Below, in pieces: positions 9,526-16,772 of a stretch of 30,644 nucleotides of DNA. The position numbers and the translations under genes are program-made. How positions within the stretch are numbered: position 1 is the first letter of the stretch; each line of letters starts with the position of its first letter. The DNA comes from a virus. Its lineage: Duplodnaviria; Caudoviricetes. The stretch is from IMG/VR virus record IMGVR_UViG_3300032272_001391, positions 1-30,644 of that record. One strand, written 5' to 3'. The notes beneath the pieces were generated by a model that was not told where the DNA came from, did not search any database, and saw only the letters and a program-made list of their open reading frames with translations.

Positions 9526-9837
9526 ATGGATGTTAAAAACATATGGGGTAAAATCCTGGGTTTTATTGCTATTATTGCTAGCGGTTTTCTCTTTGCCTTT
9601 ATTGGCAGAAGGACCGGACCCCGGGGAGATGACCGACCAGGAGATAATAGCGGAATTAATAGCCAACTTAACGGAGAGAGAATCCGAAACTACCAAGAGG
9701 GAAGAGACCTTGCAGCAGATAGAAAGAGAATTACAGAAGAGAGAAGAGCGCTTAAAAAAAAGAGAAAGCGCAATAACCGGGATAGAAAATTATTGGATCA
9801 GCTTAATAAGCGATATGAAAAAAAGAAAAAGCCTTGA
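9526..9837 (+). CDS. Membrane-anchored basic coiled-coil protein (i-spanin-like?)
   Basis: N-terminal TM, R/K-rich helical tail; starts at the TAAATG junction after the holin. Confidence 0.45.
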   Translation: MDVKNIWGKILGFIAIIASGFLFAFIGRRTGPRGDDRPGDNSGINSQLNGERIRNYQEGRDLAADRKRITEERRALKKKRKRNNRDRKLLDQLNKRYEKKKKP

Positions 9838-9937
9838 CTTTCTGCAAGGCTTCATTTATGGCTTTGCTTTAGGATTTGGGATCGGTAGCACCGGGGGGGT
9901 CGCTATCGGGTTTAAGATTGCTATACACCCCTTATAA
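9530..9937 (+). CDS. Signal peptide + coiled-coil + C-terminal TM protein (spanin-like?)
   Basis: Leu-rich signal ending LPLLA-EG, heptad-like middle, Gly-rich hydrophobic C-terminus; overlaps the previous ORF in the +1 frame. Confidence 0.55.
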   Translation: MLKTYGVKSWVLLLLLLAVFSLPLLAEGPDPGEMTDQEIIAELIANLTERESETTKREETLQQIERELQKREERLKKRESAITGIENYWISLISDMKKRKSLDFLQGFIYGFALGFGIGSTGGVAIGFKIAIHPL

Positions 9938-9973
9938 AAACCGGCCCCTATTTTTTGGGAGGGCGGGACCGGT
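9936..9973 (-). terminator. Intrinsic terminator of the leftward operon
   Basis: Minus-strand ACCGGTCCC/GGGGCCGGT 9-bp stem followed by a T run, between convergent genes; loop is large. Confidence 0.5.
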
Positions 9974-9982
9974 AAAGACTAG

Positions 9983-10369
9983 TTAATTAGCGATCTCTAT
10001 TGCCGGTATAATGGCAACGGGTTTAAAAATAACTTTGTAATGATAAGGGGATACCGAGTTGCTTTCCAATTGTTCGGCAAAATATGTTACATTATCCGAT
10101 AAGCCTAAAAAATGCTTTTTATAACTTGCATCTCCTGTTTTGACAGTCAATTCAAGCTGGTTGTCAGTGTTGTCATTCTTTATCGAACATAACCCCTCTA
10201 CTGAAAGGATGTATTCCCCTGTTATCCCATTATAAAATACAACTCTACGGCGCACACGGAACATGTCCGCATCCTTTGACAAATTATTTGACACGATGTC
10301 TGCATCGTCACATCCTGCTATTAAAAAACAGCCGATAATAACTAGTAATAATAAAAAAATCTTTTTCAT
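9983..10369 (-). CDS. Conserved phage lipoprotein
   Basis: Lipobox LIAG-C20; 'DADIVSNNLSKDADMF.VRRRVVFYNGIT...YKKHFLGLSDNVTYF.EQ' matches a widespread phage lipoprotein family of unclear function. Confidence 0.8.
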   Translation of the reverse strand: MKKIFLLLLVIIGCFLIAGCDDADIVSNNLSKDADMFRVRRRVVFYNGITGEYILSVEGLCSIKNDNTDNQLELTVKTGDASYKKHFLGLSDNVTYFAEQLESNSVSPYHYKVIFKPVAIIPAIEIAN

Positions 10370-10391
10370 AAAATACTCCTTTTGTTTTAAT

Positions 10392-10427
10392 AAAAATGAC
10401 AGCCCCAGGAAAAGGGTGGGGGCTGCC
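10392..10427 (-). terminator. Terminator-like hairpin between the tRNA-like RNA and the lipoprotein gene
   Basis: Minus strand GGCAGCCCC/GGGGCTGTC then ATTTTT. Confidence 0.5.
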
Positions 10428-10501
10428 TAAACATCCAATAGGCCCGGGCCTGTCAGGGATACCCTAAGGCAATCTCTCCCTGTGGATGATAATTTTACGC
10501 A

Positions 10502-10704
10502 TGGGGCCGACAGGATTCGAACCTGTACGGGGTTGCGTTGACTTTTCCGGGGGGATATAACAGCATTCTATTCCCGGTTCCTGTTAATTCAGGCGTTCAA
10601 CTTCGTAATTTCTTACATTTTCTTATTCACGGATCGTTTTTACCGCTCTTTACCTATGGCCGTATATCCTACACCAATAGCGTCTACCATTCCGCCACAG
10701 CCCC
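10502..10704 (-). ncRNA. tRNA-Leu-like RNA with expanded, non-canonical anticodon region
   Basis: Acceptor GGGGCTG/CGGCCCC-A, D arm GCG-GAATGGTAGA-CGC, T arm ACAGG-TTCGAAT-CCTGT; 153 nt between D and T arms; CCA not encoded. Confidence 0.75.
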
Positions 10705-10803
10705 TTAATAGGTAGCAAGCTATATGCCTGCTGCCTTTATATATAATTTGTCTTGACTGGCTTTATGCATAGGCCAGTTTAATTTATCTTTTTATTTTTA
10801 CGG

Positions 10804-10832
10804 AATATCCCGCATTTACCAGGTGGTGTCAA
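10804..10832 (-). promoter_or_regulatory. Putative sigma70 promoter for the tRNA-like RNA
   Basis: TTGACA-17 bp-GATATT on the minus strand. Confidence 0.45.
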
Positions 10833-10937
10833 TTCTTATCCTCCATTTTGCCTTATGATCAGGAATAAATAACAGAATACTATCCTTGGTAGGCCGTCTA
10901 TCCGTGCTGTCTTAAAATCCCAAAACTAAATATCAAC

Positions 10938-12206
10938 CTATTTTATTTCCCCTTCTACTATGTAGAAATAGCCTGGGGCGTCTATCGGCGGTTGCTCGCT
11001 GGCAACTTGCATTAGGCAAGTGTAACCATTCACTACTAGGTAATCGTGCAATAACTTTCTTCTTGTCGACAGTATCCCCTCCCCGCTGTGGATCATCATC
11101 CACCTAATAGCGTTTTCTGGTGTAGTATTTACGATTAGTTTAGCACCGGTCAGAAGCTTGTCGGACTCACAACACAATTCCCAGTTGTTGCCGTTAAAAG
11201 TTACTGTTTTATCTTCTGCAATACTCAACCCGTCTACTGGCATAGATGCATTAAGCACAGCTTCTTTTTTTTCTTTTTCTTTCTCTGCAATAAGTTGTTT
11301 ATTTTTATCAAAACTTTCGGTAATTACAGCAACTTTATTTTTCCAGGTCAAGAAATCTTTGTACTCTCCGGCTTGCTTGTTTATGTCTTGCAATTTGTTG
11401 AGTTTTTCCTTAACCGGGGCAATGTCTTTTAATGGCTCCGGGTCGTCTGCATTTGCGCGTAAAGATAAAATTTTTGTATTTGACTCTTTTAATTCATCTA
11501 TTTCTTTTTGCAACTTTTCGATCTTGTCGCTATTAGAATTCATTTCAGATATATAGCCTTTTATAATAGATTCCCGTTGTAATTGAAGTTGGTTGTGTTC
11601 AGTAATTTCCTTAATCTTTGCGAGGATGTCTTCAACAGACACGGCCTTCACGTTTGGTACGGGTGTTTTAGTCCCCAACTCTTTCAGTTGCCGCCTGTTG
11701 TAAGATTGATCATCCTTAATGCCTGCTATCTCCCTGTCATATGTTGACAGGTCTACCCCGGCGTATTTAACCAGGATGTCATAAAAGTTTTTTCCTTTCA
11801 TGTTGGCTATTTTTTGGGGGTCGTTCCATTCGTTGGCAATCTGTTCTAAAAAACTTGACGGGGAATTAACGGTAGACCCTTTGTCTCTGCTTACCGATAA
11901 CCGGTGTTTTTGTTCGTCGCCCTTCCCTTTGTACAAGTCCATAGCTGCCTGGAAGGCGGTTGTGTTAACAACAATCTCCCCCCGAAAAGCCTTGCCGTTT
12001 TCATCCAGCCCGTGCCTTATTAGGTCGGCGGGGATAGACCCTTTCCCTTTGCTGATTGCCAACTTGACAGCTTCTAATACAGTCGATTTCCCCGCACCGT
12101 TATCTCCCTGGAATACGTTTACCCCTGGTTCAAGCGAAACGGCAATATCTTTTATTTTACCGATGTTTCTAATCTTAACACTTACTAATCCTAGTCCCTT
12201 TTCCAT
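10938..12206 (-). CDS. SMC/Rad50-like coiled-coil P-loop ATPase (phage AAA family)
   Basis: N-terminal 'VKIRNIGKIKDI', Walker A GDNGAGKST, long coiled coil; AGGAGG RBS. Confidence 0.85.
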   Translation of the reverse strand: MEKGLGLVSVKIRNIGKIKDIAVSLEPGVNVFQGDNGAGKSTVLEAVKLAISKGKGSIPADLIRHGLDENGKAFRGEIVVNTTAFQAAMDLYKGKGDEQKHRLSVSRDKGSTVNSPSSFLEQIANEWNDPQKIANMKGKNFYDILVKYAGVDLSTYDREIAGIKDDQSYNRRQLKELGTKTPVPNVKAVSVEDILAKIKEITEHNQLQLQRESIIKGYISEMNSNSDKIEKLQKEIDELKESNTKILSLRANADDPEPLKDIAPVKEKLNKLQDINKQAGEYKDFLTWKNKVAVITESFDKNKQLIAEKEKEKKEAVLNASMPVDGLSIAEDKTVTFNGNNWELCCESDKLLTGAKLIVNTTPENAIRWMMIHSGEGILSTRRKLLHDYLVVNGYTCLMQVASEQPPIDAPGYFYIVEGEIK

Positions 12207-12220
12207 ACACCCTCCTGTTG

Positions 12221-12400
12221 AAATAAAAGCAGGGGCCCAGCTCTACGCATATGAACCGGTACGATAAACCCCCGCAAGCCCTGCCTCCATAGGACAGGTA
12301 ATAATAATTGGGATTGCACCAACCCACGGTCTTTCACCGCTTGGTTTTATCTTATTTCCACACGCTGACTACATCCTGTCAGGTTACCAACCGCCAAGCT
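12221..12400 (-). ncRNA. Putative structured small RNA / leader upstream of the ATPase
   Basis: Several stems, two T-loop-like hairpins, terminal three-way junction with a U tail; candidate promoter immediately upstream. Confidence 0.45.
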
Positions 12401-12404
12401 TTGT

Positions 12405-12433
12405 ATTATAAAAGCCCCCGGTTAAAGGGGCAA
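12405..12433 (-). promoter_or_regulatory. Promoter overlapping a terminator hairpin
   Basis: TTGCCC-17 bp-TATAAT overlapping GCCCCT/GGGGGC-TTTT. Confidence 0.5.
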
Positions 12434-12473
12434 CCGTGAGGAGCGGCTATCTATTGCGCTCCTCTGTTTTGAT

Positions 12474-12881
12474 TTAGTTTAATTCATTATTATAGTAATT
12501 TTCTTTTGCTTCTTTTTCTTTATCCAGCCATAATGATTTTAAAATAGAATTTGCTTGCTCTTTTGTAGCAGCATAGAAAACATCATATTGAAACCAATTT
12601 TCCCGATAAACCTTATAATCTTCCAGAGTAGGTCTACATTTAGAAACTTCATTATAAATGTAAACAGGGCCATATTCTGTGTATTTTTTACCATACTGGG
12701 TGTAGGTGTCAAAAGAATGTTTAATTGTTACTGAAAATGTATTAGGTGTTTTGGGTGGGGTAGGTTCAGAAATTGACTCTTTGCCAAACTGGTTAATCAT
12801 TTCATCGGGTGTAAATCCGGCATCAATTCCGTCTAATACAGTATCAATATCGTTGTTGTTAATTACCATTAAGTTTTCCAT
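12474..12881 (-). CDS. Hypothetical protein, first gene of the leftward operon
   Basis: GAGGAGG RBS supports the ATG at 12881 rather than 12917. Confidence 0.6.
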   Translation of the reverse strand: MENLMVINNNDIDTVLDGIDAGFTPDEMINQFGKESISEPTPPKTPNTFSVTIKHSFDTYTQYGKKYTEYGPVYIYNEVSKCRPTLEDYKVYRENWFQYDVFYAATKEQANSILKSLWLDKEKEAKENYYNNELN

Positions 12882-12928
12882 AATCACCCTCCTCAAGGTT
12901 AAGTGCTTTTCATTCACTCTCTAATTAC

Positions 12929-12957
12929 AATATAGACTATTACTTAAAAGAAGTCAA
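12929..12957 (-). promoter_or_regulatory. Leftward sigma70 promoter
   Basis: TTGACT-17 bp-TATATT with A-rich upstream tract. Confidence 0.75.
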
Positions 12958-13045
12958 GCAAAAAATATAAAAACTTATAAATAATTATTGAAATAATTAT
13001 TACTATAGAAGATTCTAAAAAATCAAACAAAATTATAGAAAATAC

Positions 13046-13074
13046 TTGACTTATTTTATGGATGGTAGTATTAT
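13046..13074 (+). promoter_or_regulatory. Rightward sigma70 promoter
   Basis: TTGACT-17 bp-TATTAT with A-rich upstream tract. Confidence 0.75.
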
Positions 13075-13110
13075 GTAGTATAAGCTAATGAAAAGCTTAA
13101 CCGTAGGAGG

Positions 13111-13401
13111 ATGATTATGGATTATCAAGAATTATATCACCATTGCCTTAATAGCCCTGACATGGATAACACTGTCTGTGGCTGGGTATTCTGGCTTAAT
13201 GACCATAAAACCAAAAAGGAAGTTAATTCCATCGTAAGGGGACTACAATCAGAGCAGTCGGCAAAATTGGAAGACTTAAGTATTGATGATATAAGCCAAG
13301 ATGACAAGGATTACTTGCCAGATTTTTACTTTGACTGCTATTCAAATCATATCTTTTTTGATCACCTATGCCCTTATTATCCAGAAATAGGAAAGGAGTA
13401 G
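13111..13401 (+). CDS. Hypothetical protein (acidic C-terminus)
   Basis: AGGAGG RBS; the start may be the ATG at 13117. Confidence 0.6.
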   Translation: MIMDYQELYHHCLNSPDMDNTVCGWVFWLNDHKTKKEVNSIVRGLQSEQSAKLEDLSIDDISQDDKDYLPDFYFDCYSNHIFFDHLCPYYPEIGKE

Positions 13402-13403
13402 TT

Positions 13404-13778
13404 ATGGATAATGAAAATCCATTTTGGCATCAGGCAAACAGAAGGAATAAAGAAATATTTAGAGGGTACAAGGAAGAGTTGCCGGAGTCAAAGCAAGAAA
13501 TATGTTGTAAGATAATTGACAACAAAGTGTACTGGGTTGATAAAAAAGAAAAATGGTTAGGGGTTATCGTTAATGGCCAGTGGATACAACCACACGGATA
13601 TAGTGTCACCCTGCCGGATAATTGGAGCCGAATGACATACCAAGATCAGGTCAACTTTATCAACCCTAAATGTATTAGCTATATCAAAGCGGCAATTTCA
13701 AATGATATGCAAATTAAACTTAAAGCGCAACGGTTAAGAAAGCCGTGGTTAGTCTTTAATTGTGAAGTAGTAAAATAA
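13404..13778 (+). CDS. Hypothetical protein
   Basis: AAGGAG RBS before the ATG at 13404. Confidence 0.6.
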   Translation: MDNENPFWHQANRRNKEIFRGYKEELPESKQEICCKIIDNKVYWVDKKEKWLGVIVNGQWIQPHGYSVTLPDNWSRMTYQDQVNFINPKCISYIKAAISNDMQIKLKAQRLRKPWLVFNCEVVK

Positions 13779-13793
13779 ATACAAGGAGTAATT

Positions 13794-13931
13794 ATGGGAC
13801 CAGGATTATTGACAGTATGCGTAGGCATAATAAAGATTAGGAAAATATCTGAACAAATGAAAAAGAATGATCAAAAAATGATTGATATTTTAAATAAATT
13901 CAAAACAGAGGAGGTGCAGAATGAGCACTAA
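13794..13931 (+). CDS. Small hypothetical protein (45 aa, absent from the ORF track)
   Basis: AAGGAG RBS; MGPGLLTVCVGIIKIRKISEQMKK...; fills the gap in the operon. Confidence 0.5.
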   Translation: MGPGLLTVCVGIIKIRKISEQMKKNDQKMIDILNKFKTEEVQNEH

Positions 13932-14097
13932 AAAAAAGAAAACTAATAAAAAAAATATAAAAAAAATAATTCATGTTGAATTACCAATAGAATTACATGA
14001 TAGGATAATATTAGTGAAATGCAAAAACAGGCGAACGATAACACAAACAGTACAGGATTTATTAACCTCTGCGCTTGACGAACTAAAGGTACAATAG
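13921..14097 (+). CDS. Ribbon-helix-helix (Arc/CopG-like) DNA-binding protein (58 aa, absent from the ORF track)
   Basis: GGAGGT RBS; KIIHVELPIELHDRIILVKCKNRRTITQTVQDLLTSAL fits the RHH pattern. Confidence 0.7.
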   Translation: MSTKKKKTNKKNIKKIIHVELPIELHDRIILVKCKNRRTITQTVQDLLTSALDELKVQ

Positions 14098-14098
14098 T

Positions 14099-14764
14099 AT
14101 GAAGACAAGTGAATCATTAACTAATATAATACCCGCTATTATAGCAGCTAAAAAAGTTATTAAGCCTCCCAAAAAGACAAAAAAGGGGCGTAGTGGTAAT
14201 AACGAGTACCTCTATGCTGATCTTGAGGATTGGCTTGTAGCTGTTGACGGGCCATTGCTTGATAACAATATTCTCCTCACTGTAGAGCCTTTATCGGATG
14301 GGGATAAAATTGGTTTGGGAGGGCGGCTTTTCCATGCGTCTGGGGAGTGGATAGAATACAAACAGTTCTTTTCCGATAAAGACAACCACGGGAATAGCCC
14401 TATTAAAAGCACCGGGAGTACTCTATCTTACTTATTCCGCTATTTTGTCCCATTAGCTCTGGGCCTTGCGGCGGAGGATATTGTTGATATGCCGCATGGG
14501 GACAAGCCGCCTATTGCCCCACCTAAAAATACTAAGAATAATAGTAGTATAGACCAATATAACAAAGCTATGGACTGGGCAGAGAAACAAACAGAAAAGG
14601 TTAAAACAATAGACGATCTTAATATTTTGGTTAAAACATTTTCTAAGAAAAATTGGCCAGGATCATCAAAGAAAGATTCAAAAGTATTTATTGAAGACAA
14701 GTTAATGGAGTTGTGCGCTGTATGGGACGCAGACCTAAATCTTTTTATTAAGAGCCCTTTTTAA
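14099..14764 (+). CDS. erf: ERF-family single-strand annealing protein
   Basis: 'MKTSESL', 'YADLED', 'LFHASGEWIE', 'GSTLSYLFRY...LGLAAED' motifs. Confidence 0.85.
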   Translation: MKTSESLTNIIPAIIAAKKVIKPPKKTKKGRSGNNEYLYADLEDWLVAVDGPLLDNNILLTVEPLSDGDKIGLGGRLFHASGEWIEYKQFFSDKDNHGNSPIKSTGSTLSYLFRYFVPLALGLAAEDIVDMPHGDKPPIAPPKNTKNNSSIDQYNKAMDWAEKQTEKVKTIDDLNILVKTFSKKNWPGSSKKDSKVFIEDKLMELCAVWDADLNLFIKSPF

Positions 14765-15177
14765 TGGGTAAACAAGACTTAGTCAGCTGCATAACCACCG
14801 CCCTTAATCTATTTCAAGAGGTTGACGGCGGGATTAAGATTAGTAAAAAGAAATTCAGGGTTTGGCGAGAAACTTGCTTGTCAGTCCTGAAAAACAACCG
14901 GCCCAGGACTACCGGCAAAAATTCGCAAAACCATTATATTAATGGGGCTATCCAGCTAATAGCAAACGAGACAGGCGAAACTGATGTAGGGCGGACGAAG
15001 CTTATATGCAAGTATGAGGCTATCTCGGCAGGCTACCCGTATCGTAGTATTGACGGAAATATGGTTCCTAAGAGTGAGGCTGAAATAACAGTCAAAGAGG
15101 CGTCTATATTGATTGAGACTATCAACCGGATAGCCGCCGAACTTAATATTAGATTGGAGGGAAAATGGAATGGATAA
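14764..15177 (+). CDS. NinB/YbcN-like recombination accessory protein
   Basis: 'RPRTT..SQNHY...IQLIANETG' and 'KSEAEITVKEASILIE' resemble the NinB-like pattern. Confidence 0.5.
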   Translation: MGKQDLVSCITTALNLFQEVDGGIKISKKKFRVWRETCLSVLKNNRPRTTGKNSQNHYINGAIQLIANETGETDVGRTKLICKYEAISAGYPYRSIDGNMVPKSEAEITVKEASILIETINRIAAELNIRLEGKWNG

Positions 15178-15362
15178 GCGTTAAAGATAGATTGCCAGAC
15201 GGGGATAATGTTAAAGTATTAGCAACTGATGGTTTAGGGGTGCATATGAGTATATTTTATTATGATAGATGGGTTAAAGATTACGTTTTTCGTTATCAAG
15301 GAAGTAAGCACCGTATTCAATCTACCCACTGGATGCCACTTCCAAAACCACCAAAGGAATAG
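15165..15362 (+). CDS. DUF551-family protein
   Basis: 'WISVKDRLP...THWMPLPKPP'. Confidence 0.85.
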   Translation: MEWISVKDRLPDGDNVKVLATDGLGVHMSIFYYDRWVKDYVFRYQGSKHRIQSTHWMPLPKPPKE

Positions 15363-15365
15363 AAC

Positions 15366-15734
15366 ATGGCAACATTAAATCAAAAAAATAACCCTTGCCC
15401 AAAGCATATACCAGACAGAGAGATAGTGATAGGTATCTTGCAAATCAGGCAAAACTACGCCTGCTTTGTACAAGGGCCAAACTGTACGGGACAGAGCGGA
15501 CAGGCGCCACACCACATTATACATAACACTAAGACAAACCGGATATTATACCCGCACTTGATACACCACCGGATCAACCTAATATTGGTTTGTCAACACT
15601 GTCACAAAGACATAGACATATTGTTGGCTTCAGCAAGCTATGAAGAGGCTGAACATTATAACGACTTATTGGCTTCTGGATGGGAGCCTGATTTTAAATT
15701 TTTACTTAAAGGAAATGATAATGAGTATTTGTAA
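15366..15734 (+). CDS. HNH-type endonuclease
   Basis: C-x5-C, 'PHHII', 'NLILVCQHCH'. Confidence 0.65.
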   Translation: MATLNQKNNPCPKHIPDREIVIGILQIRQNYACFVQGPNCTGQSGQAPHHIIHNTKTNRILYPHLIHHRINLILVCQHCHKDIDILLASASYEEAEHYNDLLASGWEPDFKFLLKGNDNEYL

Positions 15735-16065
15735 TATGATAGGGAATTTAACGAAAGCCCCGGAACTTGTCCACACAAACACAGGTAAGATAGTTTGTAA
15801 TTTTTCAATAGCAGTTAAAAATAACTGGGGCAAAGAGACTTCATTTTTTGTTTGCCAAGCTTGGGAAAAGACAGCTGAAAAAATAGCCGAGTTTTTTATA
15901 AAAGGAAGCAAAATCAGTGTTGACGGATGGATGAAGCAAGAGCGATGGGAAAAAGACGGTGCTCAAAAAAGTAAAATCTTTATGATTGTTGAAAGATTTT
16001 CCTTCTGCGAAAAAAAGAGCGAAGGCCAACCAGCAACCCAAAGCAATTCTAACTACGGATATTAA
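15721..16065 (+). CDS. ssb: Single-stranded DNA-binding protein
   Basis: 'IGNLTKAPEL', 'FSIAV', 'AWEKTAE', 'KGSKISVDG', 'WEKDGAQKS'. Confidence 0.92.
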   Translation: MSICNMIGNLTKAPELVHTNTGKIVCNFSIAVKNNWGKETSFFVCQAWEKTAEKIAEFFIKGSKISVDGWMKQERWEKDGAQKSKIFMIVERFSFCEKKSEGQPATQSNSNYGY

Positions 16066-16075
16066 AGGAGTAATT

Positions 16076-16360
16076 ATGGATTTAATGCATATGATACTGA
16101 AAAAGGTAGAGGATGCCAACCGTAACGGATTAAGTTTATCTGAAATGGCTTGCTTGCGTGACGGGTTTACTATCGCCTGGAAGGAACAAAACAAAAAGAT
16201 TTCTAAATTAGAGGATTCATTAAAAGAGATCAGGGGATTATTAAATAATGAAAGGGATATCATAAAGACTATGACAACAAGTTTAGAGGAGGCGCTTAAA
16301 TCATGTATTCATACAGTCACTGTTGGTACAGATCTTGGCCCAGTTTTACAGGTTATATAA
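16076..16360 (+). CDS. Hypothetical coiled-coil protein
   Basis: AAGGAG RBS before the ATG at 16076. Confidence 0.55.
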   Translation: MDLMHMILKKVEDANRNGLSLSEMACLRDGFTIAWKEQNKKISKLEDSLKEIRGLLNNERDIIKTMTTSLEEALKSCIHTVTVGTDLGPVLQVI

Positions 16361-16512
16361 ACGTTTCTGACTTTGACATATTCTACCCAAAACCGAGACC
16401 GCTAAAAGGCCCAAAGCCAAGGCCAGGTTACCGGCAATCAACCGGTTACAACCGGACTAATAAATCAACAAAAGCCCCAGTCAGATGTCAGGGGTGGAGA
16501 GGGAGTAGATGA
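16303..16512 (+). CDS. Hypothetical basic, Pro-rich protein
   Basis: GAGGAGG upstream; fills an operon gap; overlaps the previous gene. Confidence 0.35.
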   Translation: MYSYSHCWYRSWPSFTGYINVSDFDIFYPKPRPLKGPKPRPGYRQSTGYNRTNKSTKAPVRCQGWRGSR

Positions 16513-16769
16513 ACTATACAGAGCAATTGCGATTAATGGAACTATCAAGGACCGGTGGTATAATCAAAATCGGTCATTCTAATATTGATAAGATTTATCA
16601 CGCTGGCACTATAGGGGTGTGTTTTGATTCCGGGTGTTTATTCCGTCAACCGCTTTCAGAGGTGCCCATGGATTATGTAACTGTTTTTATAAGTCTGCCT
16701 AATAATGTAATGGCTAATGAATTTAAACATATAGAAAAATGTAAAAATAAAATATTAGGGGAGAGGTAG
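16509..16769 (+). CDS. Hypothetical protein
   Basis: GGGAG RBS, operon packing. Confidence 0.55.
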   Translation: MNYTEQLRLMELSRTGGIIKIGHSNIDKIYHAGTIGVCFDSGCLFRQPLSEVPMDYVTVFISLPNNVMANEFKHIEKCKNKILGER

Positions 16770-16772
16770 TGT

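Noticed and set aside
9983-10369. Recombination directionality factor (label I recall on some members of this family)
   Set aside because: Clear lipoprotein signal peptide and no integrase in the window
10527-10679. Group I intron in a tRNA-Leu
   Set aside because: Insert is shorter than typical group I introns and I could not identify the conserved core or a reconstituted anticodon arm; a covariance search is needed to exclude it fully
10502-10704. tmRNA (starts GGGGCTG like ssrA)
   Set aside because: No G3:U70 alanine determinant, has a full D stem, is short, and I found no Ala-ending tag frame
11158-12267. Plus-strand ORFs over the ATPase
   Set aside because: Antisense shadows with Ser/Phe/Leu-biased composition
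12229-12284. Hammerhead ribozyme or true tRNA
   Set aside because: Three-way junction lacks the CUGANGA/GAAA core and lacks a T arm and anticodon arm
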